Virus record (IMG/VR): IMGVR_UViG_3300024978_000198
DNA from: a virus
Length of the DNA: 23,967 nucleotides
Reading direction: 5' to 3' (one strand)
Part shown: in pieces, positions 16,600 through 23,967 of the stretch
Layout: each line of letters begins with the position of its first letter
Position numbering within the stretch: the stretch's first letter is position 1
Made by a program: the position numbers and the translations under genes
Notes under the pieces: model-generated
Databases searched by the model: none
What the model saw: the letters and a program-made list of their open reading frames with translations, nothing else
Told to the model about the DNA's origin: nothing

Positions 16600-17511
16600 A
16601 TGGCGCCCGTAAGACGGATCTTCCTCACGGAACCCGAAAGCAATCTAGTAGTCGTGCCGGATCCGCTCCAGGCCTGGGACAGCTTCCAGCACTGGGTCGA
16701 GTTCACCGGCGTCGACCCGAGCCACATGATCGTCTCGCCGACATTCTCCGTCCCTCTGATGTCATATCCCGAGAATTGGCCCGATGGTCGCCGCCGGTGG
16801 TCCGGGGTTAAGCCGGGGGCGATGTGGCATCCACTGCTATGGCTGCCGCCGCGACTTTCCGCCCGGTACCAGGTCGAGACCAATGAGGGCGAGCTCGTCG
16901 AAGAAGATGACGTGACGTGGTCGGTGCGCGTTGCGCTGGAAATGATCGCATCCGGGCTCTACAACCCGGAGAACGGCTCCTGGCTCGACATCCTGTCCCT
17001 AGTCGATATCGACCCCGAGACGCCTGACGGGATGGTGCGCGTCCAGAGCTGGCTGCAGGGCAGCGAAGACGAAGTGCTCGACGCCATTGACCTGACTGAT
17101 TTCCTCGTGGCCACCGAAGAATTCCAGCAGAACCCGGACTGGGCGATCTCACTGGCATTCGAGCGGCGGGCAGACCTTTTGGTAATCAATTGGACCAAGG
17201 CAAGCGAGGACTTCATCGACGAGCTGTACGAGATGCTCGACGACACCCCCGATGAGCTCGACATGCTCAAGGTCGGCTCGTCCACTATCGCCCGTATCGC
17301 CGGGCTGTACTTCTCCGCCATTGAGGTCGATGAGGACAGCGACTACGACGAAGGCCTGTGGTGGAAGTCCGTCGCGGATGCGATCGAGTCATACGACGGG
17401 GCCCCGGATCGACTGATCAAAGGCCCGCTCAACGACATGCTGGCAAGACTTCAGGCGATCAACAAAGTCTATGCCCCGCAAGCAGAGCTTCTCGCCGCGT
17501 CCGCTGTTTGA
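16600..17511 (+). CDS. Acidic hypothetical protein, 303 aa (MAPVRRIFLTEP...)
   Basis: Strong GC3 codon bias begins near ATG 16600; GAAAGA lies upstream; no domain recognised. Confidence 0.85.
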   Translation: MAPVRRIFLTEPESNLVVVPDPLQAWDSFQHWVEFTGVDPSHMIVSPTFSVPLMSYPENWPDGRRRWSGVKPGAMWHPLLWLPPRLSARYQVETNEGELVEEDDVTWSVRVALEMIASGLYNPENGSWLDILSLVDIDPETPDGMVRVQSWLQGSEDEVLDAIDLTDFLVATEEFQQNPDWAISLAFERRADLLVINWTKASEDFIDELYEMLDDTPDELDMLKVGSSTIARIAGLYFSAIEVDEDSDYDEGLWWKSVADAIESYDGAPDRLIKGPLNDMLARLQAINKVYAPQAELLAASAV

Positions 17512-17563
17512 CGCCTATTGCCCGAGCTTCGCTACTGAATGAAGGACTGAGGTGGTTGCCACC

Positions 17564-18244
17564 ATGTCACACATTCGCCGCCGTGGGTACCCCAGCGCGC
17601 TACTCGATGACGGCGAAGTGGTGCTCCGGCATCAGCACCCACATTGGAAGCTCCTCATCTCCCCGATTCTGTGGACGGCCGTGCTCACCGTCGGGCCGGC
17701 GCTCGGGTACTTCCTCTGGTTCCAGGACTACACCGGTATGTCCCCGGAGGCCCGCGGGATCGTTCTCCGATCGTCAGGAGCCATTGCGGGGGCGCTTCTG
17801 GTAGTAGCCGTCCTCGTCCCTGTTGTGAAGTGGCGCTGTGAACATTTCGTTCTCACGACTCGGCACATCTTCACTCGCAAAGGCGTGCTCTCCCGCTCCG
17901 GTCATCAGATCCCGCTGATCAACATCTTGAACATCGAGTCACAGGAGACCTTCCTCGGGAGGATCCTCGGGTTCGGTTCGCTGTCGATGGACACAGCTGC
18001 CTCTGACCCCCTCGTGTTTGAGGACGTAGCACATGCCCGCTGGCTCAATGCCAGACTGACCGAGTTGATCTCCGGTGGTGTCGATCTACGGTCTCGTCTG
18101 GAAACTGCCGACTCACTGAAACAGGGCACCGATACAGACACCGTCGATGTGTCTGGTTATGAGGATGCCGACAGAATCCAAGGTCGAGTGGCGAGTCCAT
18201 GGGGAGAAGATTCTCAGGAGCGAGTGGCGGAAGAGGCCATCTAG
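17564..18244 (+). CDS. Membrane protein with a bacterial PH (bPH_2/YdbS-like) domain
   Basis: GYP..LLDDGEVVL...HPHWK, two hydrophobic helices, FVLTTRHIFTRKGVLSR...IPL...LGRILGFGSL; GAGGTGG Shine-Dalgarno. Confidence 0.88.
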   Translation: MSHIRRRGYPSALLDDGEVVLRHQHPHWKLLISPILWTAVLTVGPALGYFLWFQDYTGMSPEARGIVLRSSGAIAGALLVVAVLVPVVKWRCEHFVLTTRHIFTRKGVLSRSGHQIPLINILNIESQETFLGRILGFGSLSMDTAASDPLVFEDVAHARWLNARLTELISGGVDLRSRLETADSLKQGTDTDTVDVSGYEDADRIQGRVASPWGEDSQERVAEEAI

Positions 18245-18484
18245 TCAAAAAGGATGAGGCGCCGCGGAATCCAACGGGGGCAAGATCCCGCGGCGCGCCC
18301 GACACGTCCGGCCTGGGGTACCGGGTTGACCGAGCACCAACTCGTGGGGGCTCCGTAACGTCGCGTCCGGTTCGAAATCATATTCGAGCGCCGCAGGAGA
18401 TGATCTTCATTTCAGCCGGCGCGTCGCGCCGCCAACTCAAAACGTGCAGGTCGATGTCACACCGTCGGTCTACCCTGCGCCCGT

Positions 18485-18745
18485 ATGAACAGGATTCTCA
18501 ATGGCCATCGGGTCGCCATCACTGGCGCATTGACCGGTCCGCTACGGGGACTGCACCGTCAGGACGCGTTCCGTCTCATCGAGTCGCTCGGCGGCATCCC
18601 GAGCAAGTCCGTTTCATCCAGTACGACACTGCTAGTCTCCTCTCGATTTAGTACCGTAAAAATAGCTCGGGCGACGAAACTTGGAGTGAAGATCATCTCG
18701 TCCTCGGACCTCGCGGTACTTCTAGGGAACAGGACGTTATGGTGA
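18485..18745 (+). CDS. Stand-alone BRCT domain protein, 86 aa
   Basis: VAITGAL...R.DA..LIESLGG...SVSSSTTLLV...K..RA.KLGVKIIS, as in the LigA/RFC-type BRCT. Confidence 0.85.
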   Translation: MNRILNGHRVAITGALTGPLRGLHRQDAFRLIESLGGIPSKSVSSSTTLLVSSRFSTVKIARATKLGVKIISSSDLAVLLGNRTLW

Positions 18746-19938
18746 CACAGGGCAAGATCACCACAGAAAAGACTCCAGCACAGCAGGCCGTCATCGGACG
18801 GCACCCGGTGTTCGACACCAATTTGCTCACTGTTGGGTACTGGCTACCATCGCGGTCGGTCACTGGTGGGCCAGAAACTTCCGATCCGACCACCCTCTTG
18901 GTGTCTCGGCTGCTCGCCGTGGGGCCGAATAGGGTCGTCGGGGCGAAATGTGTGTTCATGACCGCCGACATCAGATCGTTGATTCAGGGGGCACTTTTGC
19001 TGCTGCCGCCTGGACGCAGCGTGGTGCACATCCCTGACAAGGTGCATACATCTCATGAGACCGTCTCGGCTGCACGGACCCTCGTCCACACCGGGGTGAA
19101 GATCTCTGTCACCAAGCAGCGCATCGACGATCCCGACGACGCCATGTCTCGGCTCGCTGAAATAGTACGGATCGATGTGAACGCCGCTGGTGTCGATGGA
19201 GTGGTCAGCCTGGCCGACGAGCTGATGCGTCGGGATGTCTCCGTGTCTGCCTATCAGATCAAGAGAAAAGATCATCTCTCGAAGATTCTTCGGTCGAAGG
19301 TGGCCCTGCTGCAGGGGTCCGCATTGGCGCAGCCGTCGTTCCGCGGCGGACTCATTTTGCCTATCTCGGCGATGGCGGCCGTTAGAGTCGCGGCTATCGC
19401 GCTGGACTCGTCGATCGACTTGGCTTCGTTGGAGCGCACTATATCGGCGGATCCGGGGATGATGCTGCAGCTGATGTCGGTGGCATCGATCGGCCGGCTC
19501 GGTCAGACGCGACGAAACGTGCGCTCCATCCGCGAGGCGCTCGTGTTCATGGGCGAAAACCGCGTCCGAGCCTGGGCTACGCTGCTCGTGCTCAAGAACC
19601 TCGGCACGGTAGACATTGACTCGATCCTCACTGCGTTGATGCGCGGGCGGATGTGCGAGCTGCGATGCTCGGGGCACTCCGACTCAGCAGTGGCGTTCAT
19701 CGCCGGGATCGTCTCGGCTCTCGACATCCTCACCGGCGCCAGCTACGACAAGCTGCGCAAGACGATATCGATCAACGAAGAGATCATGGCGTCGGCGTTC
19801 GACCGGAAAGGGCCGATCGGGAGGATCGTGGACGAAGTAATCGATTTCGAGATGGGCGTCGGGCACACGCCAGCGCTGGAGTCGATCGCCGCCGAAGCAC
19901 TTCGGTGGGGCATCGAGTCCATCGATTCACTTACCTGA
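18739..19938 (+). CDS. Degenerate EAL + HDOD domain protein (YuxH/PdeH-like architecture), 399 aa
   Basis: N-terminal GRHPVFD...GY, VRIDV, LLQG; C-terminal HDOD: ISADP, VRSIREALVFMG, ALMRGRMCE, AFIAGIVSALD. Confidence 0.8.
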   Translation: MVTQGKITTEKTPAQQAVIGRHPVFDTNLLTVGYWLPSRSVTGGPETSDPTTLLVSRLLAVGPNRVVGAKCVFMTADIRSLIQGALLLLPPGRSVVHIPDKVHTSHETVSAARTLVHTGVKISVTKQRIDDPDDAMSRLAEIVRIDVNAAGVDGVVSLADELMRRDVSVSAYQIKRKDHLSKILRSKVALLQGSALAQPSFRGGLILPISAMAAVRVAAIALDSSIDLASLERTISADPGMMLQLMSVASIGRLGQTRRNVRSIREALVFMGENRVRAWATLLVLKNLGTVDIDSILTALMRGRMCELRCSGHSDSAVAFIAGIVSALDILTGASYDKLRKTISINEEIMASAFDRKGPIGRIVDEVIDFEMGVGHTPALESIAAEALRWGIESIDSLT

Positions 19939-20089
19939 CGCGGCGGCGAGCCGGTCGACTCCCTCGCGTGGACGTCGTACATCGATGTCGACAAGGCTGC
20001 GGCCATCACCGACGACGAGATTATTGGGGTGTGACAGTCGCGCCGGCATCAGATTCCAAGACCCGAGATCACCTTTGGGCGCAGCGGAC

Positions 20090-20986
20090 TTAGGCGACCG
20101 GATCGCCTTTCTGCGCGACGTCCAGCAGGAATGCGGCATACGGGGTGGTGTCAGCGGTGCGGAACATCGCGGCGAGAGCGAGCTGATACTCAGGGGCTCT
20201 CGCCGCAGGTATCGCGATCGCCTCGAAGCCGTGAGTCATCAATTCGCCGTCCGCCATGTACCTCGCTGTGCGCTTGTTCCCGTCGAAGTACATCTGCAGG
20301 TAGCTCGCCATGGCGGCGTAATTGACCGCTCGAAGCACAGGATGAACGATCGCGCTGGTGCGTTCGGCGAGCACATTCTCGGAGGCTGCGAGCGTCTCCT
20401 TGTCTGGTGCGTAGAAGATATCACCCATCACATTGACGGTCGCGCCCTTGCCGTCCGAGTTGACTATTGAGTGATTCCGACGCACCCCTGGAAAGATCGC
20501 CTCGTTGCGCGCCAGCACGCCGTTGAGTTCATCAGAGGTGTCCAAGTCGAGACGAAACGACCGTCCGCGGACCTTGTTAACCAGGAGTTCAGATGCCTCG
20601 GTCAGATCAAGAATCTGATCGACATCGGTCACGTCTTTGCCGTCAGGGGCCGTTCCCTCCAGAAGGGTGTAGACCTCGGGCAGGGTGAACGAGTTTCCTT
20701 CCAGGAAGGCGCTGGAAAAGGCAAATTCGGCGCGACGTTCTACGTATCGAGCGATCGCACGATCACGGGTGTGAGATCGGAAGCGCCCCAGGTCTGCGTC
20801 GGACGCGGCCAACAGTCGGAGGTCCTTCAGCCCAACTGCCCGGTATTCAGCTTCTGCAGAGACTAGGGATACACCTTCAGGTTCCCCGGCTCTGCGATAC
20901 CTGGATCGCATGGATCCGCCGGGCATCCCACCGACCCCCTTGACCCGGTACTGGTTCGTCCCTATCCCGCCGCCCGTCTTGCTCAT
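20090..20986 (-). CDS. Fic/Doc family protein, 298 aa, non-canonical active site
   Basis: QMYFDGNKRTAR in place of HPFxDGNxRxxR; N-terminal inhibitory motif SAFLEGN. Confidence 0.88.
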   Translation of the reverse strand: MSKTGGGIGTNQYRVKGVGGMPGGSMRSRYRRAGEPEGVSLVSAEAEYRAVGLKDLRLLAASDADLGRFRSHTRDRAIARYVERRAEFAFSSAFLEGNSFTLPEVYTLLEGTAPDGKDVTDVDQILDLTEASELLVNKVRGRSFRLDLDTSDELNGVLARNEAIFPGVRRNHSIVNSDGKGATVNVMGDIFYAPDKETLAASENVLAERTSAIVHPVLRAVNYAAMASYLQMYFDGNKRTARYMADGELMTHGFEAIAIPAARAPEYQLALAAMFRTADTTPYAAFLLDVAQKGDPVA

Positions 20987-21639
20987 CGCGGCAACACCTC
21001 TGGCACCTCAGTCCGGTCGAGTGACAGGAGGTAGTCGCGGAAGGACACTGCGGTCTCCTGCGAGTCCCAGAAATTCGGATCGAAACGGTTGGGAGCCAAT
21101 ATCTCCGGCTCGCCGATGGTCGTCAGACTCTCGGTGAGTGAGCACAGCTCCTCGAAGACATTGCTTCCGGCTGTCACCTCGTTCGCGGCGATCTCGATCG
21201 CTCTCTTCGCATCGATCATGTTTCCATGTTCGGCTTCTGGGGGTACGCCGAGTCGTCGCTTGAGTCTCCTCCGGATACGGATAATGTCGCGTGCATCCTT
21301 GTAGGTCTGGACATCTATGCCGCCAGGGACACGCCCATCGATCAGCATCTGGGATTCCAGGTGGCTGAGCCCGAGCTGCACGAGAAGTCGCCGTGTTCCT
21401 TCCTCCCATGAGCGGCCTCGGCTGATCCTCCTCGCGGTGTCCGATTTGATCGTGCGAGCCTGCTCCTTGGAGACGATGCCGGGTCGCCACGTGGCGAGAT
21501 CGCTGAATGACCAGAAGTTCACTCCGCCGGCACGCCGACGGGGCTTCGGGGCCTGTCCGCGCGCAACGTAGGCGCGAAACGTCGACGGGGATACCCCCAC
21601 GACTTTCGCTGCCTCGGTTGAGGTGAGTTCGGACTGCAT
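20983..21639 (-). CDS. AlpA/MerR-like HTH protein coupled to the Fic gene, 218 aa
   Basis: LTSTEAAKVVGVSPSTFRAYVARGQAPKP...W; ATGA overlap with the fic start. Confidence 0.8.
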   Translation of the reverse strand: MQSELTSTEAAKVVGVSPSTFRAYVARGQAPKPRRRAGGVNFWSFSDLATWRPGIVSKEQARTIKSDTARRISRGRSWEEGTRRLLVQLGLSHLESQMLIDGRVPGGIDVQTYKDARDIIRIRRRLKRRLGVPPEAEHGNMIDAKRAIEIAANEVTAGSNVFEELCSLTESLTTIGEPEILAPNRFDPNFWDSQETAVSFRDYLLSLDRTEVPEVLPR

Positions 21640-21667
21640 AGTGCCACTATACAGCTAATCCGCTGTA
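21638..21667 (-). promoter_or_regulatory. SigA-type -10 (TATAGT, 6 nt before the ATG, leaderless) overlapped by two palindromes
   Basis: ATAGTG-C-CACTAT (21638-21650) and TACAGC-N6-GCTGTA (21650-21667). Confidence 0.6.
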
Positions 21668-21766
21668 GGATCTAGGTCATGGCTGTCGCACCCTGAGGTC
21701 GGTGGGACCCGTCCTCGTCCGGTCTCAGAGTTTAGAACCAGGGTCCACCTTGGGTGATGCGGTCAG

Positions 21767-22108
21767 CTAGAAGCAGTCGCAAACCTGGTCGCCGTACTCA
21801 TCCACCTCGCCGGTGGGCGGAGGGTAGTAGAAGTTGTCGGAATCTCCCCGGCGACATGCGCCCATGGCTCTTTGAGCGTGAGTCGGGTCGCCGGTGTGCC
21901 GCCAGATGTCATTGCAGTACGCAACGCCATGGACAACTCGCAAGAGGGAGGGATCTGTCGGACCGTCTCCGCAGGGGCACGGAGCGGTCTGCCGGACGGG
22001 CGCCCCGTGATCGAGCTCGATGTCCGGCTCATCGTGCTTTCCGGGAGCGAACTTTCCGCCCAAAGACGCCGGCGAACCCTTGGAGTGCCGGAGATGGTTG
22101 GTGTCCAT
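21767..22108 (-). CDS. Cys-rich hypothetical protein, 113 aa, with the N-terminal GG(K)FA tag
   Basis: MDTNHLRHSKGSPASLGGKFAPGKHDEPDIELD...CPC...C...C...CDCF; ATG 9 nt after CCGCGTAT. Confidence 0.75.
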   Translation of the reverse strand: MDTNHLRHSKGSPASLGGKFAPGKHDEPDIELDHGAPVRQTAPCPCGDGPTDPSLLRVVHGVAYCNDIWRHTGDPTHAQRAMGACRRGDSDNFYYPPPTGEVDEYGDQVCDCF

Positions 22109-22117
22109 GCATCTTCT

Positions 22118-22125
22118 ATACGCGG
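22118..22125 (-). promoter_or_regulatory. Proximal half-motif variant CCGCGTAT-N9-ATG 22108
   Basis: One mismatch; exact spacing. Confidence 0.55.
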
Positions 22126-22330
22126 GCACCGACTCCGAGCAGCACCAACCGTTCCCGGGGTGCCTCCATGGCGGAGCCTTAAACACTCCGGAACGAGTCA
22201 CTTCCACACCAGTGGCGATTACCCACGATAAGTGACATTATCCCAGCTGGACCCGTCTACCGACGAGACCAGCGACACGCCGGCCGATATGTTGAATCGT
22301 TCGCTCCACCACGATTCGGTCTCCGTTGGG

Positions 22331-22356
22331 CGGGGGTGCCAACGGACCCCGCGCAT
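22331..22356 (+). promoter_or_regulatory. Promoter motif copy 8 (CGGGGGTGCC-N8-CCGCGCAT-N9-ATG 22366)
   Basis: Both boxes perfect; spacer of 8 nt. Confidence 0.75.
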
Positions 22357-22365
22357 AGATCTGAC

Positions 22366-22791
22366 ATGAGGGGCACCGCCAGGACTTCGACACGATCCGC
22401 CCAGGTTGGGCACAATGGGGCGCATAGCCAGATTTCCTCGCGACATGCGGAGGATGCAATGCGGAGATTGACAACGTTCACGCCGACCGAAGTCGCGGAC
22501 ATGATCGGTGCCACTGAGTGGTGGGTGCGCGAGCAGGCCAAGAACCGCAATGTGCCTCACATCCGACTCGGCCGCGGCAAGGTTATGTTCCGCGAGTCCG
22601 ATGTCCTGGCGTTGCTGGACGCCATCGCTGTGCAGCCTCGCTCGGGAGCGTCGGTCTCGATCGATGACGATTCGCCTGACCACGGTCCTGCTGCTGATAG
22701 CGGGACATCCGAGTTGACCATGAAGGAAGTAGCCCTCCTGGCCGGTGTGTCGCCGCGAGCGGCCGCGCGGATGGCCCGCTCTGCCAGCTAA
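22366..22791 (+). CDS. xis: Excisionase-like HTH_17 DNA-binding protein (start 22366 by the motif; a later ATG at 22459 is possible)
   Basis: FTPTEVADMIGATEWWVREQAKNRNVPHIRLGRGKVMFRESDV; adjacent to the integrase. Confidence 0.8.
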   Translation: MRGTARTSTRSAQVGHNGAHSQISSRHAEDAMRRLTTFTPTEVADMIGATEWWVREQAKNRNVPHIRLGRGKVMFRESDVLALLDAIAVQPRSGASVSIDDDSPDHGPAADSGTSELTMKEVALLAGVSPRAAARMARSAS

Positions 22792-22794
22792 GTG

Positions 22795-23967
22795 TCAGCT
22801 GGCAATTCCGTATAGCGCCCGTTCGGCAGCTGCTGCAGCGTCAATGTGCTGTTGCGGCAGCAGATGCGAGTAGCGATCGACGGTCGTGGTGATCGACTCG
22901 TGGCCCAGTCGCCGCTGCAGCACCATCAGATCAGTCCCCTGCGCGATCATCCACGAGGCGTGAGTGTGGCGCAGGTCGTGGATTCTGGGCGTCTTCACAA
23001 GGTGCTTGGCGGCGAGGTCCAAGTTGCCGTCTGGATCGACCGGGTTCTGCGCCTTCTCGATGGCAGGTCGCCAGGTCTTCCACCAGAACGTGTTGTGCCG
23101 GACGCGACCGCCCTCTTTGTTGACGAATACCAGGCTGTCGCGACTCTTCCCGCTAAGTGACTCCTTGATCTTCACCGCCAGCTGGGTAGGCAACGACACG
23201 GTTCGCCTGCCGCGGAACGTCTTGGTCGGTCCGACGTAGAACTGGTTTGAATCGTCGCGCTTCCACGCCTTGTTTACACGCACTGTCGGCGGCGCAGCGG
23301 AGAGGTCGCAGTCGGCGACCGTCAGCGCGGTGATCTCGCCCCAGCGGAGCCCGGTAGCAACCATTGTCTCTACGAGCAGTTGGTACGGCTCGGCGATCTT
23401 CGACAAAAGGAGCTCGAACTCATCCCTACTCAAGAAGTTCATCGTGTCGCCAGCCGACACGGACTTCGGCAGCTTGATCCCGTCGCAAGGACTCGATCCG
23501 ATCGCGCCCTTGCGCACCTGCGTCTTCATCGCTGACGAGAGAAGCCCATGCACATTTCGGATCGTCTTCGCCGCCAGACCTTTGCCCTGCAGCATGGAGA
23601 CCCAGGCGATGACATCGTCGGTCTTGACTGTCGAGACCGGCATCTGACCGATTGCGCCCGACATGTGGTTCGCGACCTGGCGGCGGTAGCGCGCCTTCTG
23701 CTCGACCGAAGCGCTCAGGAGTTTGTCGATGTGGTCGAGCACTGCGTCCGACACGGTGGTCTCGCCTCGCCTCGTTGCGGCGATCGACAGCGTGGCTTTG
23801 GTTTCATCTCCGCCTGCCACTTCGATCACGCGTGCGAAGGTCTCAGCCTCGGCCTCGCTCATGAACACGAGCGACTTACGGGTGCGGGCGTCTCTGTCGG
23901 TGACCCACCAGCGAACCCGGAATCTCGGCTCACCGCGTGAGGTTTCGTATGCGTCGACCTTAGCCAT
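22795..23967 (-). CDS. int: Tyrosine integrase, 390 aa
   Basis: Arm-binding N-terminus (RFRVRW), TGLRWGE, HDLRH and LGHESITTTVDRY give the complete catalytic set. Confidence 0.96.
   Translation of the reverse strand: MAKVDAYETSRGEPRFRVRWWVTDRDARTRKSLVFMSEAEAETFARVIEVAGGDETKATLSIAATRRGETTVSDAVLDHIDKLLSASVEQKARYRRQVANHMSGAIGQMPVSTVKTDDVIAWVSMLQGKGLAAKTIRNVHGLLSSAMKTQVRKGAIGSSPCDGIKLPKSVSAGDTMNFLSRDEFELLLSKIAEPYQLLVETMVATGLRWGEITALTVADCDLSAAPPTVRVNKAWKRDDSNQFYVGPTKTFRGRRTVSLPTQLAVKIKESLSGKSRDSLVFVNKEGGRVRHNTFWWKTWRPAIEKAQNPVDPDGNLDLAAKHLVKTPRIHDLRHTHASWMIAQGTDLMVLQRRLGHESITTTVDRYSHLLPQQHIDAAAAAERALYGIAS

Noticed and set aside
1-23967. CRISPR array or IS element
   Set aside because: No regularly spaced direct repeats, cas genes or transposase seen; the recurring motif is dispersed and tied to gene starts

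Overview
High-GC, actinobacterial-type DNA that reads as part of a large mobile element (megaplasmid, giant prophage or ICE; no virion or conjugation genes fall in this window, so the type cannot be fixed). It encodes its own DnaE polymerase, a Holliday-junction-resolvase-like nuclease, an SF1 helicase, dCTP deaminase, WhiB, oligoribonuclease, a MazG-like pyrophosphatase, an ArdC/metallopeptidase protein, BRCT, a degenerate EAL-HDOD protein, an HTH-Fic pair and a tyrosine integrase/excisionase. Three signals stand out. (1) A recurrent bipartite promoter-like motif, CGGGGGTGCC-N8/9-CCGC(A/G/T)CAT-N9-start, occurs 8 times in full or near-full form and 3 times as the proximal half. It mostly sits exactly 9 nt before an ATG, implying an element-specific leaderless regulon. 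(2) One copy points into a densely structured, pseudoknotted ~1.1 kb non-coding locus (~2680-3790, GOLLD-like or a new class). This locus embeds tRNA-Arg(UCU), tRNA-Lys(UUU), a CCA-ending tRNA-like element without a normal anticodon loop and several orphan T-loop hairpins. (3) Two unrelated proteins share an N-terminal peptide tag, R-x3-GxP-x1/3-GG(Q/K)FA-x3-HxE-x4-LD. All calls come from reading the sequence; no searches or folding programs were run.
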